From positions 476,814 through 540,813 of the forward strand of contig NMRA01000037.1 in NCBI GenBank assembly GCA_002633005.1: a DNA stretch of 64,000 bases, given 5' to 3'. Both the position numbers and the translations under genes were made by a program. This DNA is from Phoronis australis (Eukaryota; Animalia; Phoronida). Under the pieces are notes generated by a model, which had not been told where the DNA came from, did no database searches, and saw only the letters and a program-made list of their open reading frames with translations. This document shows positions 1 through 12,287 of the stretch, in pieces; the first letter of the stretch is position 1; each line of letters opens with the position of its first letter.

Positions 1-319
1 AAAAAAAATTAAGTCGAATACTGGAATTTGCTTACTTGAGTTAGCAACAACGATAGAAACACCACTAGCCAAGCTGAAGTCTGTGAGAGAACACCAGTAA
101 GCTTATTCCAGAATTCGACTTAAGTTTTATCTATATTTAGATACCTCAACTGGACGTCTCAAAACTTTCATGCTTTTGTCAAAAACTAAAAAAGCCAACA
201 GGAGGCACCACCAGTCAAATCTGTCCAAAAATCAATTGGTGCCGGCACATTCCGGCTGTAATCTCATGTGTCAAGTGTCCATCAACATTAACAAATTTCC
301 ACAAAAGAATGTTTAATAC

Positions 320-396
320 CTGACTAGATGTTTTCTCAGCCTTATCAGAGCTTGGTTTGGTTTTTGATGCATACTTATCAAAGTCGGGCAAAGCAC
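320..396 (-). CDS. PEX19: PEX19 second coding exon
   Basis: Acceptor tgcctttcag|GT completes the Ser codon; translates (S)ALPDFDKYASKTKPSSDKAEKTSSQ. Probable donor CAG|GTATTA; this boundary is less certain. Confidence 0.7.
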
Positions 397-1082
397 CTGA
401 AAGGCAAAGCAAAAACAGTTTTACACACAATAATTTCAATAAATAATCAGTATTTGTGTGTGTGATCCACTTGTATGCGATTGTAGCTTGCTTGTCAGTG
501 ATAATTTCTCAGGCATATTAACCAGGACAAAAAGCAACAATCCAAAGATACTGTATTTAAGCTACTTTGACTACAACAAATGCTTTAGTACGTTTCCATG
601 AGAGTTTGCTGTAACACAATACTTCTTGTAATATGGACAAGACTGACACTTAACTAAATATACAAGATGACATCATAACATCACAATACAACAGAAGCAC
701 TATAACAGGAAACATGTCCTCACAGGAATAGCTACGCATACATTTGCGGAAAAGATTTAATATCTACTAGAACAAATCCTCACATGAAAAATAACAGCAC
801 AGCATCAAACTCGACTTAAAAACAAGTCCATGTAAAATTGGTCCCAATTTAAAAGTTGCCAAGCAGAATTTGGCATTTTAAACAGAAATATTTGTCTTAG
901 ACAGGGAGCATTCACATAGGTAGCATTGGTTGAGTTAAGAGGTCTTTAAGTTAGTAACTACCTTTTCAACTCAGTAACGAGTGCGTTACTTTCTAAATAA
1001 AGGATCATGCAAGGAAGTTACAAAATTCTGATCATGATTTGCCATAGAACCTAATTTCTTAACCCCAATCAGACAAACATAC

Positions 1083-1179
1083 TATCTAAGATGTCGTCCA
1101 ATTCTGGATCTTCTGTCCCACCAGCTTGTCCATTTGAATCCCCCAAAGCCTTCTCCGAGTCTGTATTACCCTCTGACAT
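1083..1179 (-). CDS. PEX19: Peroxisomal biogenesis factor 19, first coding exon (gene continues past the left edge)
   Basis: ATG at 1179 gives MSEGNTDSEKALGDSNGQAGGTEDPELDDILD, then a phase-1 donor A|GTATGT. Joined to the next exon it reads DPELDDILDSALPDFDK, matching the PEX3-binding motif of PEX19 (human DRELEELLESALDDFDK). A polypyrimidine tract ending in AAG 2 nt before the ATG suggests an upstream non-coding exon. Confidence 0.8.
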
Positions 1180-2489
1180 GTCTTGAAAAAGCAAAACGAA
1201 AAACATGTGTAAGCAGAGGCCTTTTCGATTGCAGTTGAACTCAAGTATAGACAGTCAAGTTTAACATGTACACTTGTATTTCACAAAATTCCAAAGAGGG
1301 TTGAATAACACACAAAGCAAAAACCAAACTAATTAAACCAGCATGTTACTTGATTTCTGTTTTCACTGACAACAATAAAATGAGCACCTCCACAAATTTG
1401 CAATAATTTACATAGCGCATCTCTATGACTGTGTAATCTGCACTGCACAATATTTATTGACGTCTAGAGGTGTGTAGTTTGATATTGTTAGCTACTAGCT
1501 ATAGCACGCAACTGATTAGACAGTGACCGACTCCCTGCTCCAGTTGAACTACAGACGGTGAAGCTTCTACAGGCAGCAGGTGGTACGGCGTCATATTCCC
1601 TGGCATGCGCTGTGTAAAAATGGCGAGTTTCCAATTTTGGGAACTGAACGAAGGACTGCTCGAAGAAAAAGTTTGGTAACGAGAGTCTTTTTTCAAGTTG
1701 GAAGGAATTATAGACATTGACGGCCTACGAAGGTGTCCCTCTGTGGGCACAAAGTTACTAATAACAACGCGACTTTGATGTTTTAATCAGTGTGAGGCAT
1801 AATTTGACGAAAAGCTACTGGTGTATGAGGCCCCTATAGAAGCTTCACTGTTTCAACTGGGGCCTAGCAACTGATCTCAGCATAACTTTCCTTGACCTTA
1901 TTGAGGGACATTTTGTGTGGAGGGTGTCTTTCCCGCATGGACTTTGTGCAATAAAAGCATCAGCTGATCCGATAATAGCCGGCTCAGTTGAACCGGAGAG
2001 CTAACTGCTAAATAACCGTAGTAGGCGTAGTACAAGTTTAAGCCAAGCAGGTATTTTCAATCGCAATTAATGAATTATGACGACTCGGCGGACAAGACAT
2101 GGGACAAATGAATACAGTACAGGGACACCGGGTCTGGAATGAACTTTGACCCACCTTTGGCACTGCCTTCGGAGTGTACTGGTTTCACGTTGCGGTAAAA
2201 TATGGTTGATCCACCGAGTCTGTTCACTATTCTAGCATGCTATAGTCAAATTGCTTTCCTAAAACAGTTCCATAAAAAACCTGTCACAGTAACAATTGTA
2301 GAGGGCGCTTTATCTCAAAACACGCTGAGAATAAACATTATTTTTAAATATTCATCATATCATTTCACAAGTATATTTTAAGAATTTAAAATACCGAAAT
2401 ATAAAAGTTGATTGGAATATAATTAAATGAGATTCTTATTTTTTTAAAGATTTTTTTAAAATTTTGCATTGTAAATATTGTGAAAATAT

Positions 2490-2600
2490 GTATTAGGCTT
2501 ACCACGTGACCCTGAACCAGTGCGGTTGGCAGATGACGTAACACAAGGGAGACTGTACTTTTCAGGGTTTGCCAATCCGTCAGTGGTGGTCACAATTTTT
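2490..2600. promoter_or_regulatory. Probable promoter-proximal region between divergent PEX19 and LRRC58
   Basis: E-box CACGTGAC (~2503-2510), CRE-like TGACGTAA (~2534) and CCAAT (~2572) just upstream of the LRRC58 ATG. Motif inference only; no TSS evidence. Confidence 0.35.
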
Positions 2601-2666
2601 TAGACATTCATGTAATCTCAGAGTTGAAACGTGTTATTTCATACGCCCATTTATTCATCCGTGAAG

Positions 2667-3109
2667 ATGTGTACCGCGTTTGAAGAGGAGAACTTCGAGG
2701 ATTTGTCTTATTCCCAACTGGAAACTTTTCCCGACTTTGGCTATCCAAAATGTCGGGCGTTGACAGCTCTCCATGTCAACCACAATAGCATTCAAGTGTT
2801 ACCGCGAGCTATAGGCAACTTTCTCAATCTAGTCAAACTGGATATTAGTAATAACGCAATGACTTACATAAGTGAAGAGATTGTATCTCTCAAGAAGTTA
2901 ACAACACTCGTTGCCAAAAATAATCATTTTGATAACAGCACTTTGCCAAAGGATTTTGGTCTCATGGCCAGCCTACAAGTGGTCAACTTTAGTGGCAATC
3001 ATTTCACCGAGTTCCCTATGCAGTTTACAGAGATGTCTCACCTAAAGTGTCTCTATCTTGGTGGTAACAGGATTGAAAATATGCCTCCTGAAGTCCAAAA
3101 TATGCAACA
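2667..3109 (+). CDS. LRRC58: Leucine-rich repeat-containing protein 58, exon 1
   Basis: ATG 2667 (MCTAFEEENF...); LRRs such as LVKLDISNNAM, LTTLVAKNNHF and LKCLYLGGNRI; donor CA|GTAAGT (phase 2). Confidence 0.9.
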
Positions 3110-4053
3110 GTAAGTTTAATTACTTGCCAAATGCTGTGGGGCAATCGAGTTCGTTATTTCCCATTCTTGACCCAGTCGAACTTAAATTTCATGGGATATA
3201 ACCATAGTATTATGACAGTTTTACAAATCTCGAACATAAGTCAGGTTTTTAATATTTTATAAGAAGTTTCAGTTGATTTCTTACTCGATGAATTGTTGTT
3301 GTGCTCTAGTCTTGGCCTCTTAGTTCTTCTTTACTTTCTATGAGAAGTGAATTGACAGTTTGTTATTCTTCAAGATAATTCTTGGCGAATAAAATGACAC
3401 GTCTTGAAAAGTCTGCTTTTAGAACCTGATCTGTGTCAATAATGAACTGTTTTTTCTTTCCGAGCCAAAAATAAATTGAAATACATCATAATTTGAGACC
3501 AATTCAAACATTAAGTGGTCTCCCTGGTGGAAGGAGGGTTTGTTGCCACTTTAAGTAATGCTTGTGACGCCAATGGACAGATATAACGTGCCATATTTTG
3601 ATAACTAGTTTGATGCTCATTATTCTGTGGAGAAAGCTGGTTCTCAAAATATGGGCACATCATATCCGACCATTACCCTTTTGACTCCACACTTTTAAAA
3701 ACCTGAAGCACAAGATGAAGTGTGCCAGTAGCCACAAAGTTTGAGCTGGAGTCTGCTGAACTGTAACTGACTGGCCTAACTTTATTTCAGTTAGTCACAT
3801 TGTTTAATGATTTTGCGAAATTCAACTTGACACAGTTACACCTTCTGTGACTTCATGGTGATTGCTGGATATAATTATTGAATTTGTACGCTAGAGTTCT
3901 TGGTTTTCAGCTATTAAATGCTAGGGAGTTTGATATTTTAGATTGATTTTAATTTTAACCGCCATAAATTTCAGATCTCATGACTGTTGGGGTTTGTTTT
4001 AGATAAATGTCCATAGTTATTGTTTGGTCTCATACTATATTGTTTCATTTCAG

Positions 4054-4457
4054 GCTAGAAGTCTTCTACATGGGTGGGAACTTCCTGACAGATATCCCAG
4101 CAGAGATCGGCAACATGCGAAATTTGACCTCTCTGATCCTGTCTGACAACCACCTGCAGACATTGCCGCCAACCCTTATCCAGCTACATAAGCTCAAGTC
4201 TCTCAGCCTCCATAATAACCAAATCACAACCCTTCCACCAGAAGTTGTCAGCCTCAACTTGTTGGAGCTTAGTCTACGAAACAATCCTCTCGTAGCAAAG
4301 TTTGTGCATGATCTCGTGTTTGAGCCGCCATCTTTGCTGGAGCTTGCCGGACGCAGCGCTAAGGCAAATAACTTGCGATATTGTGCTGCAGAGTTGCCTA
4401 CAAACTTGGTGGAATACCTGAACACGGCGAGGCGTTGTGTCAACCCAAAGTGTAAAG
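4054..4457 (+). CDS. LRRC58: LRRC58 exon 2
   Basis: Acceptor tttcatttcag|G; LEVFYMGGNFL...LSLRNNPLV...PPSLLELAGR...RCVNPKCK; donor G|GTTGGT (phase 1). Confidence 0.92.
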
Positions 4458-5616
4458 GTTGGTTCATTTGTTCTGTGCACTGGTTATGTGTTAGCAGGTT
4501 TACACAAATGACTTTCAGTTGCGGGAATTGCTTATGAAAGTAAAAGATTGCTCTAATATTTTATAATTCAGAAGAAGAGTGCGACTGTATAAGGTCTTGT
4601 AAGACAGCCGCTAATTCCTGTATACTAGATGATGGTTTTGATGTCGCTAAACTCTAATTTCTGATTTTCTCAATTTAGATGTCATAGGCATTATATGGAC
4701 TTAATTGTGTGCTCTTTCAATCCAAGAACAAAGTAATTCATTCATATTGTTCAGTTCCAACCAAATCACCCACGACGTTGGTGTGAATGATTCTTAGAAG
4801 TGCAAAACGAAAGCAAGTCTGTTGTCAGAGTAATCTATGCGGTGTCATGTGTCAGGTGACTTGAGATTGCTTTTCTTGGAAGCCATGAGGTACCATTCGG
4901 TACAGCTTTACAATAACCACTTCCTGAAATACCACAGCGCCCTCTATAATTCGGCGCCACTTACCCACAATTTTGGACACTTGCCGTACAGTTGTATTCA
5001 TGTCGTGCCAATCAGTATTTAAGATATTTTGTCATTCACAGCGAGTTGATATGTTGACAGTAAAATTAAGAAAGCTTAAAAAGCTATGTTGGGGTCATAC
5101 TTGGCCAAAATTTTCCAACAAAACCTCTGGATTTAATTTGGAGTAGTGTGACAGTTGTTGTTTTGATAAAACAACACCAAACTTGTTTACCTTCTTAATG
5201 CTTTGTTATCTCAGGTCAGGTCAAGGGTTGAGTCATAATGGGGTCACTGGAGGTCAATTTTGTTTATTGGCATAAGGAACGTCAGCTGGAAAATAAAGAA
5301 AGTAAGGGTAAAGAAATAGGGAGATAAGTCCTTGGGGGCTCTAGTTTTCCGAGTGGTACTACACCATGTAAATAAAATGGAGGACGTCGCCATACTCTTT
5401 ATTAGTGGTAATTCTTCTGTTAATTTACGAATTCCATGTTTACTCTGTGCAAAGTTAAGTATCGCAGGCGTGGAAGTTATCTTGCAGATAGATGATAGCT
5501 GGTAAGGGACTGGGGTTTAGGGAATTGTAGTTGAGGCACGCGGCACACTGGACCTCAAATTCATTTCTGCCATGATAACTTACACTTAGCACCAAATGGA
5601 TCATGGCTGCAGGAAT

Positions 5617-5743
5617 GGAGTTTGGTCCCCTGGAGTTTGGTCCCCCAGTGTTTGGTCCCCTAGAGTTTAGTTCCCAGGAGTTTGGTCCCCCAGTGTTTGG
5701 TCCCCTAGAGTTTAGTTCCCTAGAGTTTGGTCCCCAGGAGTTT
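5617..5743. repeat. 15-bp minisatellite (GAGTTTGGTCCCCnn), about 8 copies
   Basis: Tandem units ggagtttggtcccct / cagtgtttggtcccc / tagagtttagttccc read directly. Confidence 0.9.
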
Positions 5744-8402
5744 GCTCGCCGGTATGCAGTAATTTATGGGTAATAGTCACATTTTGAAAACCAGGTTTCT
5801 TTGTTTATTAACAAACTTCAAGCTAGTTCTCAAAACCTGGAACCCTGAAGTGGCTGTTATCATTTTCGGTGTGTGTGTGAAGTTGAGTTGTGCGAAGTTA
5901 TTCTGCACTTAAATGATTGCTGTTGAGGGACTGGGGTTTAGGGGTTAGCAGTTGGAATTTAGAGGTGTGGCAATGAAATCGTTTCCATGCTCGGTACCTT
6001 GGACCGCAAACTTCATTTCTGCCACGACACCTCACACTTGGCATCAAATTGATATTTATGGGTTTTTTTGTGTTGAACTGTGGTGTTGTGATGGCATCAT
6101 TCTACAGTTTCCAAAACTTGATTCGAGTTTACCAACACTTATTGAGTATCCATAGACTCTATTCACGCGGCGGCCATTAAAATCCAAAGCGAGGCTCACT
6201 GTGATAAATAATGCGGAAGTTGACATTGCGCTAGTTAAATGGCTGGTACTTCGAGTCCAACCTGGATATTAAATTTTAATGATGGGTTGACAATTAACCA
6301 CAGGGACGTAGAAAATTACATTAGAGAACAAGTTAAGGCGCCAAAGAGTTGTCTGACGAAAGGGTTTAATTTTTTTGGAAAACTAGGTTTGAAACATGAA
6401 AAGTAAATATGACCAAATTGTGGCGATCGTAGTGTTACGGATTAGGTATTATGCTGAATGGAGGGTTACGTTTTTTCTTGTAAATTGTTGATCAAAATAC
6501 TTTCTACGCAGACCAGGTCATCTGCTCGTATTGTTGACGAGTTGAAGACATATTCGACAGTGGTGTCTGTCATGTGCAATTAGACACATCTGGTTTAATT
6601 TGTTGATCAAGAATATTAACATCAAGCATAGCCTGATCCTATGCACTCACTGGGACTCACAGTTGATTTGTCATTGGTCTGAAAGAATAATTGATGTTAT
6701 TAAATATATTTTTATTAAAATAAAAAACCAGGCTCGTAATTGAAAATAAAAATTATTTGACCATCAATGCTTTCTTGGTTGTAATAAATCTTACATCTAT
6801 TTCATGTGTTAGATATCAATCTGGACCAAGTTGAATTGTAAAATTAAAACACCTAATTCGTTCGTCCAAAACATAACATCGTTTTNNNNNNNNNNNNNNN
6901 NNNNNNNNNNNNNNNNNNNNNNNNNNNNNNNNNNNNNNNNNNNNNNNNNNNNNNNNNNNNNNNNNNNNNNNNNNNNNNNNNNNNNNNNNNNNNNNNNNNN
7001 NNNNNNNNNNNNNNNNNNNNNNNNNNNNNNNNNNNNNNNNNNNNNNNNNNNNNNNNNNNNNNNNNNNNNNNNNNNNNNNNNNNNNNNNNNNNNNNNNNNN
7101 NNNNNNNNNNNNNNNNNNNNNNNNNNNNNNNNNNNNNNNNNNNNNNNNNNNNNNNNNNNNNNNNNNNNNNNNNNNNNNNNNNNNNNNNNNNNNNNNNNNN
7201 NNNNNNNNNNNNNNNNNNNNNNNNNNNNNNNNNNNNNNNNNNNNNNNNNNNNTTGCTCGCCGGTATGCAGTAATTTATGGGTAATAGTCACATTTTGAAA
7301 ACCAGGTTTCTTTGTTTATTAACAAACTTCAAGCTAGTTCTCAAAACCTGGAACCCTGAAGTGGCTGTTATCATTTTCGGTGTGTGTGTGAAGTTGAGTT
7401 GTGCGAAGTTATTCTGCACTTAAATGATTGCTGTTGAGGGACTGACTGGGGTTTAGGGGTTAGCAGTTGGAATTTAGAGGTGCGGCAATGAAATCGTTTC
7501 CATTCTCAGTACCTTGGACCGCAAACTTCATTTCTGCCACGACACCTCACACTTGGCATCAACTTGATATTTATGTTTTTTTTTTGTGTTGAACTGTGGT
7601 GTTGTGATGGCATCATTATACAGTTTCCAAAACTTGATTCGAATTTACCAGCACTTATTGAGTATCCCATAGACTCTATTCATGCGGCGGCCATTAAAAT
7701 CCAAAGCGAGGCTCACTGCGATAAACAATGCGGAAGTTGACATTGCGCTAGTTAAATGGCTGGTACTTCGAGTCCAACCTGGATATTAAATTTTAAAGAT
7801 GGGTTGACAATTAACCACAGAGACGTAGAAAATTACATTAGAGAACAAGTTAAGGCGCCAAAGAGTTGTCTGACGAAAGGGTTTAATTTTTTTGGAAAAC
7901 TAGGTTTGAAACATGAAAAGTAAATATGACCAAATTGCGGCGATCGTAGTGTTACGGATTAGGTATTATGCTGAATGGAGGGTTACGTTTTTTCTTGTAA
8001 ATTGTTGATCAAAATACTTTCTATGCGGACCAGGTCATCTGCTCGTATTGTTGACAAGTTGAAGACATATTCGACAGTGGTGTCTGTCATGTGCAATTAG
8101 ACACATCTGGTTTAATTTGTTGATCAAGAATATTAACATCAAGCATAGCCTGATCCTATGCACTCACTGGGACTAACAGTTGATTTGTCATTGGTCTGAA
8201 AGAATAATTGTTGTTATTAAATATATTTTTATTAAAATAAAAAACCAGGCTCGTAATTGAAAATAAAAATTATTTGACCATCAATGCTTTCTTGGTTGTA
8301 ATAAATCTTACGTCTATTTCATGTGTTAGATATCAATCTGGACCAAGTTGAATTGTAAAATTAAAACACCTAATTCGTTCGTCCAAAACATAACATCGTT
8401 TT
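5742..8402. repeat. ~1.15 kb direct duplication (5742-6885 and 7253-8402) flanking an N gap (6886-7252); probable assembly or haplotype artefact
   Basis: Both copies start ttgctcgccggtatgcag and end cataacatcgtttt. They differ only by scattered SNPs and small indels, and each abuts the gap. Confidence 0.9.
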
Positions 8403-9444
8403 AGAACTCAATTTCAGTTAACTCACCAATCATAGTTATCATGTTTCTGCAGGAGCCTCTTTCATCCAAGGGGAACGGTGCCAGTGCCTACTGAGAGGCG
8501 ATTTTTTCGCCGAGTGAGGGAGGGAACAATCTACCTCCCGATCACCATCAATAGCACCCCCGCCCTGTTGCAAGCTCTCATAGGCTTTGCCTCACTTTAA
8601 AGTAGCCTTTTGTGCTCTTAAAAATTGTCACCTGTGTGGTTACAGGTGATTTGAACTTAGAGAGATTTTTCACTAGGGGAATTTTTATGCCTCGTGGGGG
8701 GAATTTCGCGTGATGTTTCAATATGTTTGAGAGGGGAATAGGGCCGATATTGGGCCCCAAATTTGAGGGATTGGGGGCCCTGTCCTTTTTGGAAAGAAAA
8801 ATTATAATGTTTCAACCCGTAGCAGGGGCGGATCCAGGTTTTTTAGTTAGGGGGGGCAGGGCACAGGAATAAGCAGCATTTCGGCAGATGCGTGCGCCCA
8901 GCCTAAACTCTGGGGATGCAGGGGTCTTGAATTCTTGGGTTTGCGGACCTGTTGACTAAAAAAAAACCGGTAAATGGGGTTCATTCAGCGCCTATGCGTT
9001 GTTTATTCACCCCCTGTTGCGCACGTGTGCTAGTCAGCAATTGGCACCCGAACTCAAAATGGGGATCTGATACAATTTTAGGGGGGGGGGGCCATGCCCC
9101 CCCCCCTAAATCCGTAGTCGTGAAAACACAGCCTGGTTGGCCCATTCTCCGGTTGTTACTATGATGCTTAACAACTTACAGACATGCAACAAAATATGAT
9201 CTAACTTTTCGAAAACATTTATAAATTTTACACGGACATATTTTGCTTCGTCGCGGCAACGACCCAACGCTTCCGAATCTCAACGTCTTTAGAGATTGTG
9301 AAGCAGACAGTTGCGTGTCCGTATTTTTTCTAGCTGTTCGCGAAACAACACAGTCTGAAACACAGAACTATGCCGATAAGCTAACAGAGCTATCGTAGCG
9401 AGCCTCGTTTTGGAATGCGCCTCCTGTCAGCGTGAATAGGGTCT
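7671..9444. mobile_element. Non-autonomous DNA transposon with AT target-site duplication (PIF/Harbinger ISL2EU-like)
   Basis: AT|AGACTCTATTCA(C/T)GC ... GCGTGAATAGGGTCT|AT terminal inverted repeats, plus subterminal IRs (ccaaagcgaggctcactgcgata vs tatcgtagcgagcctcgttttgg). The left end also appears in the duplicated copy at ~6154. Superfamily assignment is inferred from the TSD. Confidence 0.65.
8823..9112. mobile_element. Nested MITE (CAGGGGCGGATCCAG...CTAAATCC family) with an inner ATGCG..GCCCAGC-type insert
   Basis: Similar termini and G/C runs to the copy at 47177-47338; internal segment cagcaatt.gcaccc.gaactc..aaatgg.atctg shared with ~48536-48575. Confidence 0.6.
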
Positions 9445-9602
9445 ATTGCCAGTTGCATTTTCTATCTATTCTCTCCACGACTCCATGACGGAGATGAACT
9501 GTTGTTAAATCGGTTTTCAAGCAAATGGATTGGCTTATAATGCGCGATGACTAACACCCGTTTATGTGAACAGTTATGACTTTTCCATCTGCCTTTCGAC
9601 AG

Positions 9603-9802
9603 GTGTGTACTTTACGTCCAAGGTTGAACAGGTGAAGTTTGTTGACTTCTGTGGCAAGTACCGCCTCCCCCTGATACAGTATCTATGCTCTCCCAGCTGC
9701 ACTCCTGCTACACCCGTACTGTGTGCTAACAGTAGTGATTCAGAGTCGGATAACGAGACCAAGGCAGCTGTCAAGCGCATGAAGAAGGTCCTCCTGGGTT
9801 AA
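9603..9802 (+). CDS. LRRC58: LRRC58 exon 3 (last coding exon)
   Basis: Acceptor ctttcgacag|GT; GVYFTSKVEQVKFVDFCGKYRLPLIQYLCSPSC...MKKVLLG then TAA. The FVDFCGKYRLP motif is characteristic of LRRC58. Confidence 0.93.
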
Positions 9803-11634
9803 CGGTCAACACGGTTCATGGGTTAAAGGTCAACACGGTCCATTTGTTTAAGGTTACACAAGGTGAAGGTCACATTTTACTATTGGTGATTGGAGATCAG
9901 TTTATTGAGTTAAAACTATTCACTGGGTTAATTTCTTGACTGGGTATGCGCTGTCTTCACACTGGTTGTTGGTATACGATTTGAATTCCGCTTTTGAACC
10001 ACTGTACGCTAACTCTGATTGTGTTGTACAGCTGCGTACCTGTCTTTTTAGCTCGAAAAGTCGTGTCGGAAAACCCAATTAGTTGTATATGACAGTCATT
10101 TCCAAAAAATTTACATAGTGTGGAGACATTGCTTTAGACTCAAGTGTGTGATAATGTTTCTAGTCTGTGTTGCTATATATAGGTTATATATTAATAAGTT
10201 GTTTATTACGTTACGTTATTTGATTTAATTTAGTTTACAAAGTTTCTGTATGTTGTGCTCTTGATGTTATGCCGTAGTGCAAAATGCTGTGAATGTAAAC
10301 ATTACAAAAGTCCAGAATTATCGCCATTTTTCTTGGTATACAAAGAGTATAAGTTTTCCACTCTTGTCCTGCTCTCAAATTAGTCTTCCTATCTTCGCTC
10401 CTGTCAACTGCATGCACGTGGTCAAAATTTTATGGTTGGTGTTGGGGTGCACACTAAAACCAATATAGCAGTTCTACACGTATTTTTGTGGTAAAAGTCA
10501 ATTAGGAGGGTGTTGAATATTTTGTCACTGCCCATCGCAATTTTTGCAACATCAAAAGTGTGTGCTTGCTGCAAGCATCGTCCGCTTCTCTTCCAAAAGT
10601 GTAAAATTTGTGCACCGTTGAAAACGGTGATTGTTGAGACTGTTCTCGTCGGTTGTTTAATTTGTGACACTGCTTGTGTGAGACTAGCATTCGTTTTAGA
10701 AGAACAGGTGTGAAGCACGCAGATGGTCTTCCTTTCTAAGTATTAATTGATGTGTTGGGAGAAATGTTAAGGTGAAAGTTTAGAGTCAAATCAGTACTCG
10801 ACACAGGCAAAAATGTGCACTCGAAAATATGAGTGATGCATATCAGCCATTTGTATAATATTGGTGGCCAAAAGATAATAAACAATAGACATTGGCTTAG
10901 TGTCCGTACAAGTTAGTGATACGAGTGAGGTATTTTACTTTTTCTACTCTTATTTTCAAGTGGTTACCGTACTGTCTTATGTCGAGCCCTGCAGGTGAAG
11001 TAAAACAGTGACGCTCTATAAGGAATGAGTGAATTCATCCCTTTGTCAATAGTGAGCCTGGTGCTCTGTGAACAACGTCATCTTGATAATACTATACTAA
11101 TATACCCAGATTTATTTCTATCCAGCCTACATGCAATGAATAGCTATCTAATTCAAGAAGAGTGCTTGAAACACAACTATTGAACATAAGATAAAAAGGT
11201 CAAGTTGATTTCGCAGAGATCCTGTCATACTTCACCGACACGAAATTTATTTTTGTGAATCGGAAAATGAAAACTATGGTGGTTTTCTTTTCAATTACTC
11301 AAAAAAAAACGGATACTTGGTAAACATTTTGCGTAGTGGATGTCACACCCATAATAAGTGTATCAGTTTGTTCTACATGTGAAGACCTGAACGCTGCAGC
11401 ACTGGTCTGGTTCTGGTCTGTGTAATGGTTGTTGCCAGTCCCCTGTTTTTTTTTTCTTTAAAGTAGGTCTTCATTATTCAAGCTTCTGCAATGTTTTCTA
11501 TGTTGCATTTTTGTTGATTACTATACGAGTCAGGGTTCTATAGTGTAAACGGGGTTCTGTAGTGTAAACTGGTATCTCTTATGCACTGTCATTCAACTGA
11601 CTTGAACACTTGATGGTTAATCAGGCCTCACCTG

Positions 11635-11846
11635 GGGTCCGTTTCATGCAAGTGACCACTTCAAAACTGCTGAATAAACGTTTAGCCAAGCAATTATAAG
11701 TGCATCACAGTCTAGGAATAATTCAGAAAAATAATTATATGTGTATTCTCAGAGACTGCGCTTTTGCTTCATGTAAGATTTAGGAATTTTCCAGAAATAG
11801 ATAAATTTCTGTCTTCAGTCTTGATCACTTTTCATGAAACAGACCT
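11635..11846. mobile_element. Harbinger-type MITE in the putative LRRC58 3' UTR
   Basis: CTG|GGGTCCGTTTCATG ... CATGAAACAGACCT|CTG: imperfect TIRs with a 3-bp CTG TSD. Confidence 0.6.
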
Positions 11847-12287
11847 CTGAAATTGCTTTAGAGTTAATTAGTGATACAGTGTTCTGCAATTAATTTCTTT
11901 GTTATCACCATTTTTTAATTCTTAATGTCTGATGTGAAATTTGAAATTCGTATTGGACTCTGGGTTTGAGCGTTAATTATTGTTAGATTTTTCTGGGTCA
12001 GAAATCTCAGGGAAGGAATTGTTCGTTGCCAGAACAAGCTGATGATTGGCTGTTAGATTGGTCATATTTGTAGCAAGCATTCAGTCGTATCACTACAATA
12101 CTCAATGCTTGACATTATTCTCTTAGAAAGTTGAGTCTTTGTTCTGGTACATGTATTTGTCATATTAAAAAGTAACGTTTAAGACTGGTGCGTTGGGACA
12201 TGTTTTACAAAGCTTAGATTAGAAGCTTGGAATTAAAGATCATTAACACGATAAACTTTCCGCAGTTTGGGAAGTATCTGAAATTCA

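Larger units (their letters stand above)
2667..9802 (+). other. LRRC58: LRRC58 gene coding span: join(2667..3109,4054..4457,9603..9802), 348 aa
   Basis: Exon phases match (2, then 1); total 1047 nt including TAA. LRR array, then BC-box-like PPSLLELAGR, then Cys-rich C-terminus ending MKKVLLG. Confidence 0.9.

Noticed and set aside
1620-1675. Plus-strand mini-exon MASFQFWELNEGLLEEKV with donor TG|GTAACG as an alternative LRRC58 start
   Set aside because: No similarity to LRRC58 and no convincing in-frame acceptor; the ATG at 2667 already gives a full-length protein.
2631-2666. GTG-initiated N-terminal extension of LRRC58 from the ORF track
   Set aside because: Bacterial-style start call; the first in-frame ATG is at 2667.
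4066-4480. Antisense ORFs over LRRC58 exon 2 (also 9574..9780 over exon 3)
   Set aside because: Shadow frames of real coding exons, with no recognisable domain.
6809-7298. ORFs 6809..7291 and 6831..7298
   Set aside because: Artefacts of translating the N gap.
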